Of a DNA stretch of 64,000 nucleotides, positions 40,504-49,833 are shown in pieces. Location of the stretch: positions 2,790,001 to 2,854,000 of the forward strand of contig CAKKNE010000005.1 of the NCBI GenBank assembly GCA_918797485.1, written 5' to 3'. The notes beneath the pieces are model-generated. The model had not been told where the DNA came from, did no database searches, and saw only the letters and a program-made list of their open reading frames with translations. The translations under genes and the position numbers were made by a program. This DNA is from Pelagomonas calceolata. Taxonomy: Eukaryota. Every line of letters begins with the position of its first letter. Within the stretch, counting starts at the first letter, position 1.

Positions 40504-41589
40504 TTACGGATCGTACCCCGCTCCCCGCGTCTCGTACGCCGCGAGCGCCGCGCGCAACGCCCCGTCCGTCAAACCATCCTTCAATCGCCGCGTCGCCACG
40601 TCCTTTGATTGGTCCGGGTAGTAGTACGCCGTGACATCCTCGGCGTGCCTTTCCGAAAAGGCAACAACAAGGGTGCCGTTCTTGCCCCAGCCCTGGTAGA
40701 TCTCCGGCTCGTCGAGCGACGCCTCGCACGGATCCAGATGGACCCATTCCCCTCCGAGTTTAGCTTCGCACCAGACGTGGTCCGTCGTGTCGAAGACCCA
40801 GCGCGCTTCCAATTTCAGCGCGGTCAGTACTGATAAAAAACACGCCGAGTACTCGCCGCACCGGCCCCTTCTACTAGCATGCAGGGCGTAGCCCACGTCG
40901 TTGGCTCGCACAAACCGCGTCACGTGGCCGCAGTCGCAGCTCCGCAATTCCACTCGTCCCGCTTTGGCCGCCGTTTCTTCAGACTGAGACGCCTTGATCT
41001 CTCCCACAAACTCCGTCTCAGAACCACAGACCGCACACGCGCCTCGGTAATACGGATAGCGCTCCTTGAAGTCCCTTAACAACACCAGTAAGTCGTCCCT
41101 TGTCGGCCGCCGGTCATTGAGGAGTAGTTCCGGCTTGACGAGTTTGATGTAGTCTACAGCGGAGGCCTCGTCCGGGCCCCGGTTGTCGTCCCAGATCGCC
41201 GCCGCTCTTCTACATCCGCCCGAGAGCTGCGTTGTCGCCGTGTCGCCGCCGTCGACGAGCTTGCGGTAGGCGGCCTTGTCGTGGACGATCATGCGCCGGT
41301 CGCGCCAGAGCTGAGTTATCAACTCTTTATTCTCCGCTTTTATAGTTTTGGGCTCGACCTTGGCATTTTGTAATTGTCGCGTCGAATTCAGGTAGCGCAG
41401 GTACAGCGTCTCGTTGTCGCCCAAATAGAAGAGGTCGGGCGCCTGAGCGCAGGCCAAGAGCGTCGCATTTGCTGTTTCTGTGGTGGTTGTGGCTGCGCTG
41501 CACGCCGTGCGCCGCCGCAGCAGGGCCAGGCGGCGCGCGAGGAATGCGTGTGTTGCGGTGGCTAGCAGTAGGCAGCACCTGAGCCGCAT
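40504..41589 (-). CDS. Peptide:N-glycanase (PNGase/Png1, transglutaminase-like) with bipartite targeting sequence
   Basis: CAVCG, CDCG (Zn), FVRAND, SRRGRCGEYS, ARWVFDTTDHVWCE, WVHLDPCE, IYQGWGK, DVTAYY (Cys-His-Asp triad). N-terminus MRLRCCLLLATATHA-FLARR. Confidence 0.88.
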   Translation of the reverse strand: MRLRCCLLLATATHAFLARRLALLRRRTACSAATTTTETANATLLACAQAPDLFYLGDNETLYLRYLNSTRQLQNAKVEPKTIKAENKELITQLWRDRRMIVHDKAAYRKLVDGGDTATTQLSGGCRRAAAIWDDNRGPDEASAVDYIKLVKPELLLNDRRPTRDDLLVLLRDFKERYPYYRGACAVCGSETEFVGEIKASQSEETAAKAGRVELRSCDCGHVTRFVRANDVGYALHASRRGRCGEYSACFLSVLTALKLEARWVFDTTDHVWCEAKLGGEWVHLDPCEASLDEPEIYQGWGKNGTLVVAFSERHAEDVTAYYYPDQSKDVATRRLKDGLTDGALRAALAAYETRGAGYDP

Positions 41590-41968
41590 TGTTGTGGGCG
41601 GCTGCGACAGGGTTATGGGGTTAGAACTTGACTCGTACGTGCTGTGATTGAGGCGTTTGCATCCGTTTTTTGCGCTTGCTACAAATGCTAGTGTCTTTAT
41701 AGGCCGCTAGCTGTTAGCATTGCACGCAGCGCTTAAATCGGCGTTACAGGTGCAAACAGCCATACGCAGGCTACTCATCTGAAGCCCAGCTACGTCACCT
41801 TGGCAGCCCGAGCAAATCAGAGCGCGCAAGGACGCGTAATTGGCGCTGCCAAGCTTTGCTCTCTGAAACAGTTTTGGTCGCTACGCGCTCGGCGGAGAAG
41901 CAGCCCACTCACACGCCATCGAGGCGTGCTCCACACACCGCATAGCTGCTAAAAACTAAGCTGCTGCG

Positions 41969-42658
41969 ATGACGGACGCCGACTGCTTCAAAGCTGTGAG
42001 GAAGCTGGCGCGCGCGAATGCTAAATTACTGAGGCAGCAGCGCGTCCTCGAGGCGGACTTGATTGATGCGCAGCTCACCATCTTAAAGCAGCAAGCGCAA
42101 CTGGAAGCCGCCGCCATCGCAAACGCCGGCGCGAAGGACGCGGCGGCGCGCGAGGTCGCGGCGCGGCGGGAGCTCGACGCCGAGCGCGCCGCGCGCGCCG
42201 ACGACGCGCTCCAGGCGGCGCAGCGGCTCCACGACCGCGAGGCGCAGCTGCGGCACGAGGCGGACAGTCGGCGGCGCGCGGACGCGGAGGCGCTCGCCGA
42301 GGAGCGGCGGCGGCGCGGCGACGCGGAGAATAGGTTGAGGGAGTGGAAAGCGAGAGCCGCCCAGGTGACGCAACTGGCGCGGCACCGCGTCGCGCGCGCG
42401 ACGGCCGCGCGGGCGTCGGCGCAGGCGCGCTGCGCGTCGTCGGGCGACGACGAGACGACGTTCTCTCCATCACAACCGGACTTTCCGGAGCCGCCGGATC
42501 CTTATATAGACGCGCCGGAGTTCTTTCCCCCGCCGCCGCGGTTCCTCGAAACGCCGCCGTCGCCTCCGCGGTGCGAGGTGCCGCCGCCGGACGAGGACGA
42601 GGATGCGCGGGAGCCGCCCGGGCGAGCTGTCTTGGGGTCGCTCGATGGCGTAATTTAG
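41969..42658 (+). CDS. Hypothetical coiled-coil protein with Pro-rich tail
   Basis: ATG-initiated ORF with coding-like codon usage and heptad-rich sequence. Confidence 0.6.
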   Translation: MTDADCFKAVRKLARANAKLLRQQRVLEADLIDAQLTILKQQAQLEAAAIANAGAKDAAAREVAARRELDAERAARADDALQAAQRLHDREAQLRHEADSRRRADAEALAEERRRRGDAENRLREWKARAAQVTQLARHRVARATAARASAQARCASSGDDETTFSPSQPDFPEPPDPYIDAPEFFPPPPRFLETPPSPPRCEVPPPDEDEDAREPPGRAVLGSLDGVI

Positions 42659-42775
42659 ATGTGAATTATTTTTCTAGTGTCTTACCGGCCGCTAGCTAGC
42701 AAGGTCAAGCGCTGGGCGTATTAGCCGTGTGTGGAGTGGCCGTAACGGGCCCGAGCGCCAGTTTTATCGGGCGAA

Positions 42776-43066
42776 ATGGGCCGTAATAAGTTCAAGCGTT
42801 CCACCGATCGCGGAGAGATTAAGAGGGATAAAAAAAACAAGGAGCTTGGACTCCCAGATAACAGGACTGGCCGCCTTCAATCAGTTGGCGCCTATTATTC
42901 AACAGGGAGTGCTTCGCCGTACACACACACCGTGGGAATCGCCAGTAAAAACCGGACCGCGCTCGACACGCGCCGCGGCCCCGCCAAATCGGACTCCTCA
43001 ATTCTCCACGCGATCCTCTTCTGCGTCTTACTCGTGATAGTAATCTCGTGGGCGCTCGGCTACTAG
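42776..43066 (+). CDS. Possible small protein with a C-terminal transmembrane helix
   Basis: 96-aa ATG ORF with a basic N-terminus and C-terminal ILHAILFCVLLVIVISWALGY; preceded by the CTAG motif at 42674. Confidence 0.35.
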   Translation: MGRNKFKRSTDRGEIKRDKKNKELGLPDNRTGRLQSVGAYYSTGSASPYTHTVGIASKNRTALDTRRGPAKSDSSILHAILFCVLLVIVISWALGY

Positions 43067-43068
43067 AG

Positions 43069-44196
43069 ATGACGAGACTCGTACTGCTCGCGGCCGCGGC
43101 GGCCGCCGGTCGGTTCTGCAAGGACTTCCACTCGCCGCGCCCCGAAACGCTGTACAAGCTGCTCCGCACGGTCCCGGAGCACGTTTTGGCCGTCGATAAG
43201 CTGCGCACGGGCCCGCACCACAAGGAACGGGAAAGCGTGACGGCGCTCGCGGCCAAATGTTGTTCAGTTTATCCCGGCCAGACGGGCGCGCGGGCCGAGC
43301 GGGTCAAGGGCGACGTCGCGTTCGTCGCCGTTCATTTCAAGCAGTTCGCGGCGTTCTTCGCGCGCGCCTGGCCGGCCCTCGAACAACGCAACCAGAATTT
43401 CGTGCTCTACACGTTCGGGAACGACGACAACATGCCCTGGGAGTTCTTTCAATGCCACGGACTCGGAACCGACCGGTTGCGGGCGTTCCTCGGCGCGCCG
43501 CAGCTCCGTGGCTGGTTCACGCAGAACCTGGACGCGGCGCGGAGCCGCAATAAACGACGGGGCCACTCGAAGTGCGCCGACGGGCTCATGAGGTCGTGGC
43601 CGAAGTACGACGCGGATCTCGACGCCACGCTGCGAGCGAAGCTCCATTTTGTGCCGATCGGGATTAAGATTCTCACCGGTCGGACGGGCGATGGCTGCGC
43701 GGCCGCGAGGACGCTCGACGCGCTGCGCATGTCTAGGCCTCCCTTCGCCCGGCGTTCGCCACGAATCTTGGTGGCGCTGGGCACCGCCGGCCCTAACAGG
43801 GACCGTCGGGCGGAGGTCGTCAAACTGCTCTCGGGGCGACCGGATGTCGCCCACGTCGTCGAGGGCCACTTGGACCAAGACGAATTCTACCGTCAGTTCA
43901 CCCAGTTCCAATTCGTGGCGGCGCCCGGCTCGCACGGCCAGGACACGTACCCCTTCTGGGAGGCCGTCGCGCTCGGCGCCGTGCCCGTCACGCTGCGGGG
44001 ACCGCTCGACGGGCTCTACTCCAAGGTGCCCTGCGTCCTCGTCGACGACTGGCGACCCATCACTCCGGCCGATCTCGTCGCCTGGCGTCAGAACTTGACC
44101 GAGCGGTTCGGGGACCTCGACGCCGCGACGCGGACCGCGCGGAGGACTGTTTTGAACAGCACGTTCTGGGCCGAACAAATCCGCGCGATGGCGTAA
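43069..44196 (+). CDS. Secreted exostosin/GT47-like glycosyltransferase-family protein
   Basis: Signal peptide MTRLVLLAAAAAAG; LRGWFTQN, FVPIGI and FQFVAAPGSHGQDTYPFWEAVALGAVPV...LYSKVPCVLVDDW. Confidence 0.7.
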   Translation: MTRLVLLAAAAAAGRFCKDFHSPRPETLYKLLRTVPEHVLAVDKLRTGPHHKERESVTALAAKCCSVYPGQTGARAERVKGDVAFVAVHFKQFAAFFARAWPALEQRNQNFVLYTFGNDDNMPWEFFQCHGLGTDRLRAFLGAPQLRGWFTQNLDAARSRNKRRGHSKCADGLMRSWPKYDADLDATLRAKLHFVPIGIKILTGRTGDGCAAARTLDALRMSRPPFARRSPRILVALGTAGPNRDRRAEVVKLLSGRPDVAHVVEGHLDQDEFYRQFTQFQFVAAPGSHGQDTYPFWEAVALGAVPVTLRGPLDGLYSKVPCVLVDDWRPITPADLVAWRQNLTERFGDLDAATRTARRTVLNSTFWAEQIRAMA

Positions 44197-44326
44197 TGAT
44201 CGGTACCTTACCTACGGTACCCTACATAAGTATAGTACCTCTTGTTTACAAATTTTGCTCCGCAGAGACGAGATTTACGCCCTTGATTCGTGGCCAGCTG
44301 GACATGGGGCAGCCTCTCATGCTGCC

Positions 44327-45952
44327 ATGAAGCGTTCCATCTTCCTCTTCCTGCTGCTGCACCAGCATGCAGGGAGCAAAAAGCACAAGGCCATTCACAT
44401 CAAGCAGCCAGCAGTGCATGCGAAGCCGAGCGCGCCGCGGTGCGGCGACAAATGCATGGCGGCGCGCCGGGAGGCCGCCTACGGTCCGACGGCGCCGAAG
44501 CTGCAGGGCTGCAGCCCGCTGCCCTATCCGAGCCTGAGACGGTTCCTGCCCAAGAACATCACGCGACCGGAGGCGCACCCGATGGAGACGCCGCGCCTCG
44601 CGGACGTCTGGGCGGCGCAGAAGAAAATGGCGGCGCACAATGGCACGGCGGATGCGGTGGTTTTGGGGGGAAGCATGCCGCTCGGCCAAGGGTTGCGGCC
44701 GGGCATCGCACCGTGGCCCGCGCGGCTCCAGGCGCTGCTCCCGAACCTGAACGTGGACGTCCGCGCCACCCGGTCGACGTCGTCGGCCTGGGCCCTCGGG
44801 AACCTCGCGAGGCTGCTGCCCGTGTGCCCGGACGTTTTGTTCATGGATTATGGCGTCAACGACGCGGCCGCGATATACAATGCCTTCGTGCCGGGCAGCG
44901 CCGGCACCGGGCCGGCGATCGAGGCCTTGAGCCGCGAGGCGAAGCGCCGGTGCCCCGCCGCGGCCCTCGTCCACATCGAGGGCGCCTGGAACCATGGCGA
45001 AAAGACGCGGGAGCCGACGGTGCCGAGGCTCGCCGACGCGCAGCGCGCGGTCGCGGCCCGCTACGGCGGAATTGTAATTTCGTTCATCGCCGGCACGTGC
45101 TATCAGAAGACGGGGTGGTTCGAGCCGCACCCGCCGCCGGCCGAGCACCAGCGCCTCGCAGAACAAATCGCGACGGCCTGGAACGCCATCGACGCGGCGC
45201 GCCGGGCCAAAGCGAAGGGGTTCGGGAAAGGACCGTGGACGCTGCCGCAACGCGTGTGGAATGCGAGTGCCGAACTCGACAGCTGTTCGGTGACGACGGA
45301 GCTCGCGAACGTCGAGAAGGGCGAAAAGTCGTTCCGGCGCGTCGACGACGCCTCCAAGTCGCTGTGGCGGTACGAAGAAGATGTTAAGGGAAGGCCCGGC
45401 TTTGTTATAAAGACGACCCCTGGGGCCGCGTTCGACGCGGCCGCGGCGACCCTGCGGGTACGGCTCAAGTTTTCTGATAGGCAAGCCACCAATACGTTGC
45501 GCGTCGAATTCCTGCAGACGTATGAGAACGTGGGAACGGCGACGGTGTGGGTCGGGGACCACCCCGCGACCCAGAGGATCGACGCCCTCGACGCGCGCGA
45601 CCGCTTTTCCACCATCGGCTCTGCAAGCTTCCGGCACGGAAAGAACGCCCAGTTCGAGGGTGGCGCCTGTAATGTGACGATGACCAGGACCGACGAGGAC
45701 GGGACCTTCACTACGTGGTTCGCGGACGGCGCCAAGATCAAGTCGAAAAAGCCCCGCAGCACCGGCTCGAAAGGATACCTCTCGGCCAAGACCTGCCAGC
45801 AGGGCACCGCGTTTCGATATCTCGACCTTCCCGCCGGTGAGGGAATTGTGAACGTGCGCCTCGACGCACTCGATGCGATGCATAGGGAGCACGCAGCCGT
45901 CAATAAATTCAAGCTGGTGGCGCTCGCAGCGTGTGACGGGAAGCCTCCGTAA
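44327..45952 (+). CDS. Secreted SGNH/GDSL hydrolase-like protein
   Basis: Signal-like MKRSIFLFLLL; block I VVLGGSM, block III DVLFMDYGVND, block V EPHP...H. Confidence 0.65.
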   Translation: MKRSIFLFLLLHQHAGSKKHKAIHIKQPAVHAKPSAPRCGDKCMAARREAAYGPTAPKLQGCSPLPYPSLRRFLPKNITRPEAHPMETPRLADVWAAQKKMAAHNGTADAVVLGGSMPLGQGLRPGIAPWPARLQALLPNLNVDVRATRSTSSAWALGNLARLLPVCPDVLFMDYGVNDAAAIYNAFVPGSAGTGPAIEALSREAKRRCPAAALVHIEGAWNHGEKTREPTVPRLADAQRAVAARYGGIVISFIAGTCYQKTGWFEPHPPPAEHQRLAEQIATAWNAIDAARRAKAKGFGKGPWTLPQRVWNASAELDSCSVTTELANVEKGEKSFRRVDDASKSLWRYEEDVKGRPGFVIKTTPGAAFDAAAATLRVRLKFSDRQATNTLRVEFLQTYENVGTATVWVGDHPATQRIDALDARDRFSTIGSASFRHGKNAQFEGGACNVTMTRTDEDGTFTTWFADGAKIKSKKPRSTGSKGYLSAKTCQQGTAFRYLDLPAGEGIVNVRLDALDAMHREHAAVNKFKLVALAACDGKPP

Positions 45953-45979
45953 CTGTACTGTTTTTTAGAACTTCATAAC

Positions 45980-47653
45980 TTACGCCGCCCGAGAGGTCGT
46001 CGTCGTCGTCGACGCCTCGCACTCGAACGGCCCCGCGACGGCGTCGGCGGGCATCCGCGCGCCGAAGGCGCCGCTCACGGCCCCGGCCGGCATCTGGAAG
46101 AAGTGGCCCTCCGTCGACAGTAGTGTGGCTGACAATGACAAGCAGGGCCGCCCGTCGACGGCGCAGCCCCGCGTACTATTCAGTCTATGAACAGACCGCT
46201 CGTCGCAGCAGAAGAACGACTGGCGGTCCTGCGGCTCGAGCGACAGGTCAAATAATAGAAATAAATATTTCAACGTCTCCGCAAAAAAATACGAATCCAT
46301 GCGGTCGTCCAGGCGCTTCGAATCCACGTCGGCGACGGCCGCGAAGCCGCAGGCCACCCTAGAATCGTCATTTAAAGCATTTATCAATTCCCTGCCAACA
46401 ACCAGGTAGTGGCCGTCGTTCGTCCGCAGGTACAAGTGCAGCGCCGACTCGGCGAGCTCCGGCCTTAATGGGGCATCTTTCCCGAAGTGCACCGCCGTCT
46501 CCGAATCCAGATCAAACAACTCCGGTAAAGCCCCAAACCGCCGGAAGATCTCCCAGTACCCTCGAAAGGTCATCTGCGCCTCGCCGACGTCGCTACCAGC
46601 TAATAGGAGTAGTGACGGCCAGAACGCCGCCAGCGACGACACTCTACTAGAAATGCGCCGCCCGTCGTCTCTACGAACATCTAGATTCCAGGTGAGATTA
46701 TTGGAAGCGTCGCGGACCGCCGTCGTTTGATGCGCCGCGGCGACGCCCGCTAAGCCCCTTTCCAGTAGGACAGGATCATCTTCGTACAGCGCCGCCTTGA
46801 CCAGGTACTCGTAGAACGAGTCGACGCCGGCCCCGATGCCCGTGCCCGGGCTCAGCCACCTCCCGGTTTTCGCGCAGATCGTCGAACCAACAAGATCGGT
46901 GCGCGCGGATCTTCGCCGCCAGAGCGCGTCGACGGCCTCGCGCGCCTTTTGCGCGTAGCGCCGGTCGCCCGTCAATCGCGACAATCGTGCGAACTCCAGC
47001 AGCATCGTCCCGGCCGCGGCCGCGCACGTCTCGCGCGACTCGTCGTTCAGTAGTCCTCGTCTCAGGTTGACTCTATGAGCTGGGATGCCCGTTGGTGTTC
47101 TGAACGCCGGTAGTAACCGAGCCCCCAAATCGGCGGCCAGGCCCTTCAGCTCCCTAGCCCACCGCCGTCGCGTGTCGACCGGCGAGGCGTCTAATGTGGA
47201 ATTGGCGGCCGCCCGCAAGATAGCCGGCCTCAAAACAGGCTCCGTCACGAGGTAGTGGGCGGACAACAAACCTCCCAGTACCCTAATCGTCGCCTCGAAC
47301 GTCGACACGGACACATCTCTATCAAATGAGACTTCCGATGTGATGATGTCGAGCGATCGTGCGAAGGCCTCGTGGTCGCCCACGACCAGTTGCGTGTCCA
47401 CGCCATCCACCAAGGTCATCATGTAGCCTCCTAAACTATCGTCGAGGGTTCCTCGTTTCCGCGCGTCCCAGCGCCGGCCCTCGCAGGACAGGGGCAGGAG
47501 CTCGTCGTGGGGGTAGCCGTGGTCCATATAACTTTGTAGCGCGTGGGCGTGCATGTCGCGGACGCGGTCCCTTAATACAATCCTGGCTTCGTACGAGACG
47601 CCGTCGTTGGTCGTCGCCGTTGCGGCGGCCAGCAGGAGGAGCGCGCGGCGCAT
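45980..47653 (-). CDS. ER degradation-enhancing alpha-1,2-mannosidase-like protein (GH47, EDEM)
   Basis: YMDHGYPHDELLPLSCEG, TLVDGVDT, STFEATIRVLGGLLSAH, AFRTPTGIP, GIGAGVDSFYEYL, PLRPELAES, DRMDSYFFAETLKYLFLLF, TEGH. Confidence 0.92.
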   Translation of the reverse strand: MRRALLLLAAATATTNDGVSYEARIVLRDRVRDMHAHALQSYMDHGYPHDELLPLSCEGRRWDARKRGTLDDSLGGYMMTLVDGVDTQLVVGDHEAFARSLDIITSEVSFDRDVSVSTFEATIRVLGGLLSAHYLVTEPVLRPAILRAAANSTLDASPVDTRRRWARELKGLAADLGARLLPAFRTPTGIPAHRVNLRRGLLNDESRETCAAAAGTMLLEFARLSRLTGDRRYAQKAREAVDALWRRRSARTDLVGSTICAKTGRWLSPGTGIGAGVDSFYEYLVKAALYEDDPVLLERGLAGVAAAHQTTAVRDASNNLTWNLDVRRDDGRRISSRVSSLAAFWPSLLLLAGSDVGEAQMTFRGYWEIFRRFGALPELFDLDSETAVHFGKDAPLRPELAESALHLYLRTNDGHYLVVGRELINALNDDSRVACGFAAVADVDSKRLDDRMDSYFFAETLKYLFLLFDLSLEPQDRQSFFCCDERSVHRLNSTRGCAVDGRPCLSLSATLLSTEGHFFQMPAGAVSGAFGARMPADAVAGPFECEASTTTTTSRAA

Positions 47654-48040
47654 GGTTCTGGTTGCTTTTGGGCGACGGGCGTGCGTCGAGGACGTCCAGC
47701 GGCCGCGCTGTTTCTAATTTCGTGTCACCCGAGAGGCTGAGTCAAGTCCTTAGGGGGCGCAGTGCAGGATCTCCCTCTTTTGTGATGCTGTCTCTATAGA
47801 ACAGTGATACTCCGCAGCGTGCCTCGCACGTCAGCCGGTCCTCCTAGCCTTCGGACCCGGCGAGGCCCCTGCACCAAAGCAGAGGCGCTGCCAGGATAAT
47901 CAGCTAGCGGCCTTAACACACTAGGAAGTCTCCCCGCCTGGCCCCAGCCGCACACTAGTCCTAGCAACGCAAAAAGTACACTAGCAAGCAAGCATGGGTC
48001 ACAAGACACAGTCACACACACACTTACCCACCCTCGCTCC

Positions 48041-48709
48041 TCACGCGTCGTCGCTTGACATCTTCGCCATGAGCTCATTCAGTTTTTCTTCTTTGCGCCG
48101 CTCCGAGCTGAGCACGAGCAGCGTCATCGATTCTTTTATCTCTCTCTTACGGCCTGCCGCCGTCTCGAACGCCTCCTTAGCCTTGACGTACGCCGCTTCC
48201 TTGGTCTTGAAGTCTCGCTCAAGCCATACCAAATCTCGGTCCGCTTCCTCGAGTTGATACCGCAGATCAGCCACGTCCGCGGCTTCCTTTTCCTTCAGTT
48301 TCGCGAGCTCGCCCTCGAACAAGGCTAACCGAGCAGCCTCCTTCTTCACGCGTTCCCGCTGCGACGAGAGGTTCTGCTTGATTTGCCGCTCCTTGCGTTC
48401 GGTCTCGGTTCGCGCCTTCGCCAGCGCCTCCTGAGACGAAATTTTCGGCTTCGGCTCTTCTGCGGGCGTGTCTGCCGGAGGCAGGACGGCTCCGCCCTCT
48501 CCGAGATTGAGTGGCGTGTCGGCGCCTCCGAATATCTCGGCCTCGGCGTCCGCCATTTCTTTCTCCAGGTCGCTGGCGCGCCGCTCCGCTTCCCTCACGG
48601 CTGTGGCTGCTGGGGAGGGTGGCGGTGCGGCCAGGGCTGGTGGCGGCGGTGGTCCAGCAGTGCTGTCTGGACCACTGCTGGCTGCATCTCCCTTCAGAGC
48701 GGCCCACAT
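48041..48709 (-). CDS. RAB6-interacting golgin (GORAB)-like coiled-coil protein
   Basis: ELAKL...DVADLRYQLE...KEAAYVKA...SERRKEEKLNELM resembles the GORAB family C-terminus. ATG 48709. Confidence 0.6.
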   Translation of the reverse strand: MWAALKGDAASSGPDSTAGPPPPPALAAPPPSPAATAVREAERRASDLEKEMADAEAEIFGGADTPLNLGEGGAVLPPADTPAEEPKPKISSQEALAKARTETERKERQIKQNLSSQRERVKKEAARLALFEGELAKLKEKEAADVADLRYQLEEADRDLVWLERDFKTKEAAYVKAKEAFETAAGRKREIKESMTLLVLSSERRKEEKLNELMAKMSSDDA

Positions 48710-49015
48710 TTGGCAGCGTTCTAGCTTGAATGTTGCTGTGCGTGCGTACCGAATGCCGCGCACGCAAAACTGGGCTGCCGTCGAAGTATTTTTTGGGCTA
48801 GCGTATAACACTAGTAGGTTTTATGACGTACCCGACTGGACTGGACTACACGCCGCTCGCGCTTCGTTGCAGTCACCACGCGACAGGTTACGGCTCTTTG
48901 TTGCTGCGCTGCCGCAGAGCACTTTCCAGAATCAACTTTCGAGCAATAACAGAGCAGCAACAGCCCTCAGCTGCGAGGCGCCTCAAACACGCTTGACGCC
49001 GCCGACGCGCGCTAG

Positions 49016-49816
49016 ATGATGATGCTCTACACCCTGCTCTTGCTGAGCAACCACATCGTTGCCTTCCGCCCGCCGCAGCGCTTGCTACGACGGGCACCAC
49101 CGCGACACGCAACAACGACGACGGACGTGAAAGTATACATAGAATCCACGGACTGCTTCAAGGTGACCTTCTACGCGAACTACTTCAAGTGGCTCGAGTA
49201 CGGCCTGGGCAAACGCCTCCGAGCCGTCGACGGCATGGCTTATAGGAGACCAGCGGTCCTCGGCGACCAACTCACGGTGCACACGACGCCCTTCGAGGAC
49301 GGCTCGAGCAACCACGCCCAGACTATCGAGCGGGACGGCGTGCAGCTGATGACGGTGCGAAGAACAAGTGACGAGGAGGTCACCCCGAGCGCCGCGCCGG
49401 CCCCCATCTTCGGGAAAGTTAGGTTGTCAATGCAGCACACGTGCCGCCACGACGACTTGGACGGGCGCGACGGCGGGTTGTCGCTCGATTCCTGTTTGAG
49501 GGCCTTCGAGCGGTCGCGTTCCACATTCTTGGGCGGACCGGACGACCTCGCGGCGCTCCTCGCGGACGGCATTTCGGTGGTCGTCGCGGGCGTCGACGGC
49601 CTGAGGCATGCGACGGTCCCCGCAAACATCGGCGACGCCGTGGAGGTCATCGCCGACGTCAGTCAGGTGAAGACCCGCATCGTCTTCGACCAGTACGTGG
49701 CAGTGAACGGCGCGCCGGCGGCCTTCGCGCGGATCTCGTGTGTGTGTGTCGACGTGATCCGGGGGCGGCCCGTGGCGCCGCCCGACGTCGTGGTGTCGAA
49801 GTTTAACAAGGATTAG
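49016..49816 (+). CDS. Hotdog-fold acyl-thioesterase (double 4HBT-like), probably plastid-targeted
   Basis: VYIESTDCFKVTFYANYFKWLE, YRRPAVLGDQL and a second repeat FERSR...ANIGDAVEV...RIVFDQ. Signal peptide followed by AF. Confidence 0.75.
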   Translation: MMMLYTLLLLSNHIVAFRPPQRLLRRAPPRHATTTTDVKVYIESTDCFKVTFYANYFKWLEYGLGKRLRAVDGMAYRRPAVLGDQLTVHTTPFEDGSSNHAQTIERDGVQLMTVRRTSDEEVTPSAAPAPIFGKVRLSMQHTCRHDDLDGRDGGLSLDSCLRAFERSRSTFLGGPDDLAALLADGISVVVAGVDGLRHATVPANIGDAVEVIADVSQVKTRIVFDQYVAVNGAPAAFARISCVCVDVIRGRPVAPPDVVVSKFNKD

Positions 49817-49833
49817 TACATACGTCACATGTC

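Noticed and set aside
44246..45892. 548-aa minus-strand ORF and other long overlapping ORFs (e.g. 37826..38977, 43264..44178, 49972..50877)
   Set aside because: Shadow frames arising from high GC3; the opposite strand carries recognisable domains.
40504..47653. Apparent glycoprotein/ERAD cluster (PNGase, GT47-like, SGNH, EDEM)
   Set aside because: Mixed orientations and probably different compartments; no evidence of co-regulation, so likely coincidental.
19497..48709. Two Rab6-related genes (RIC1-like, GORAB-like) in one window
   Set aside because: About 25 kb apart with unrelated genes between, and both assignments are only moderately confident.
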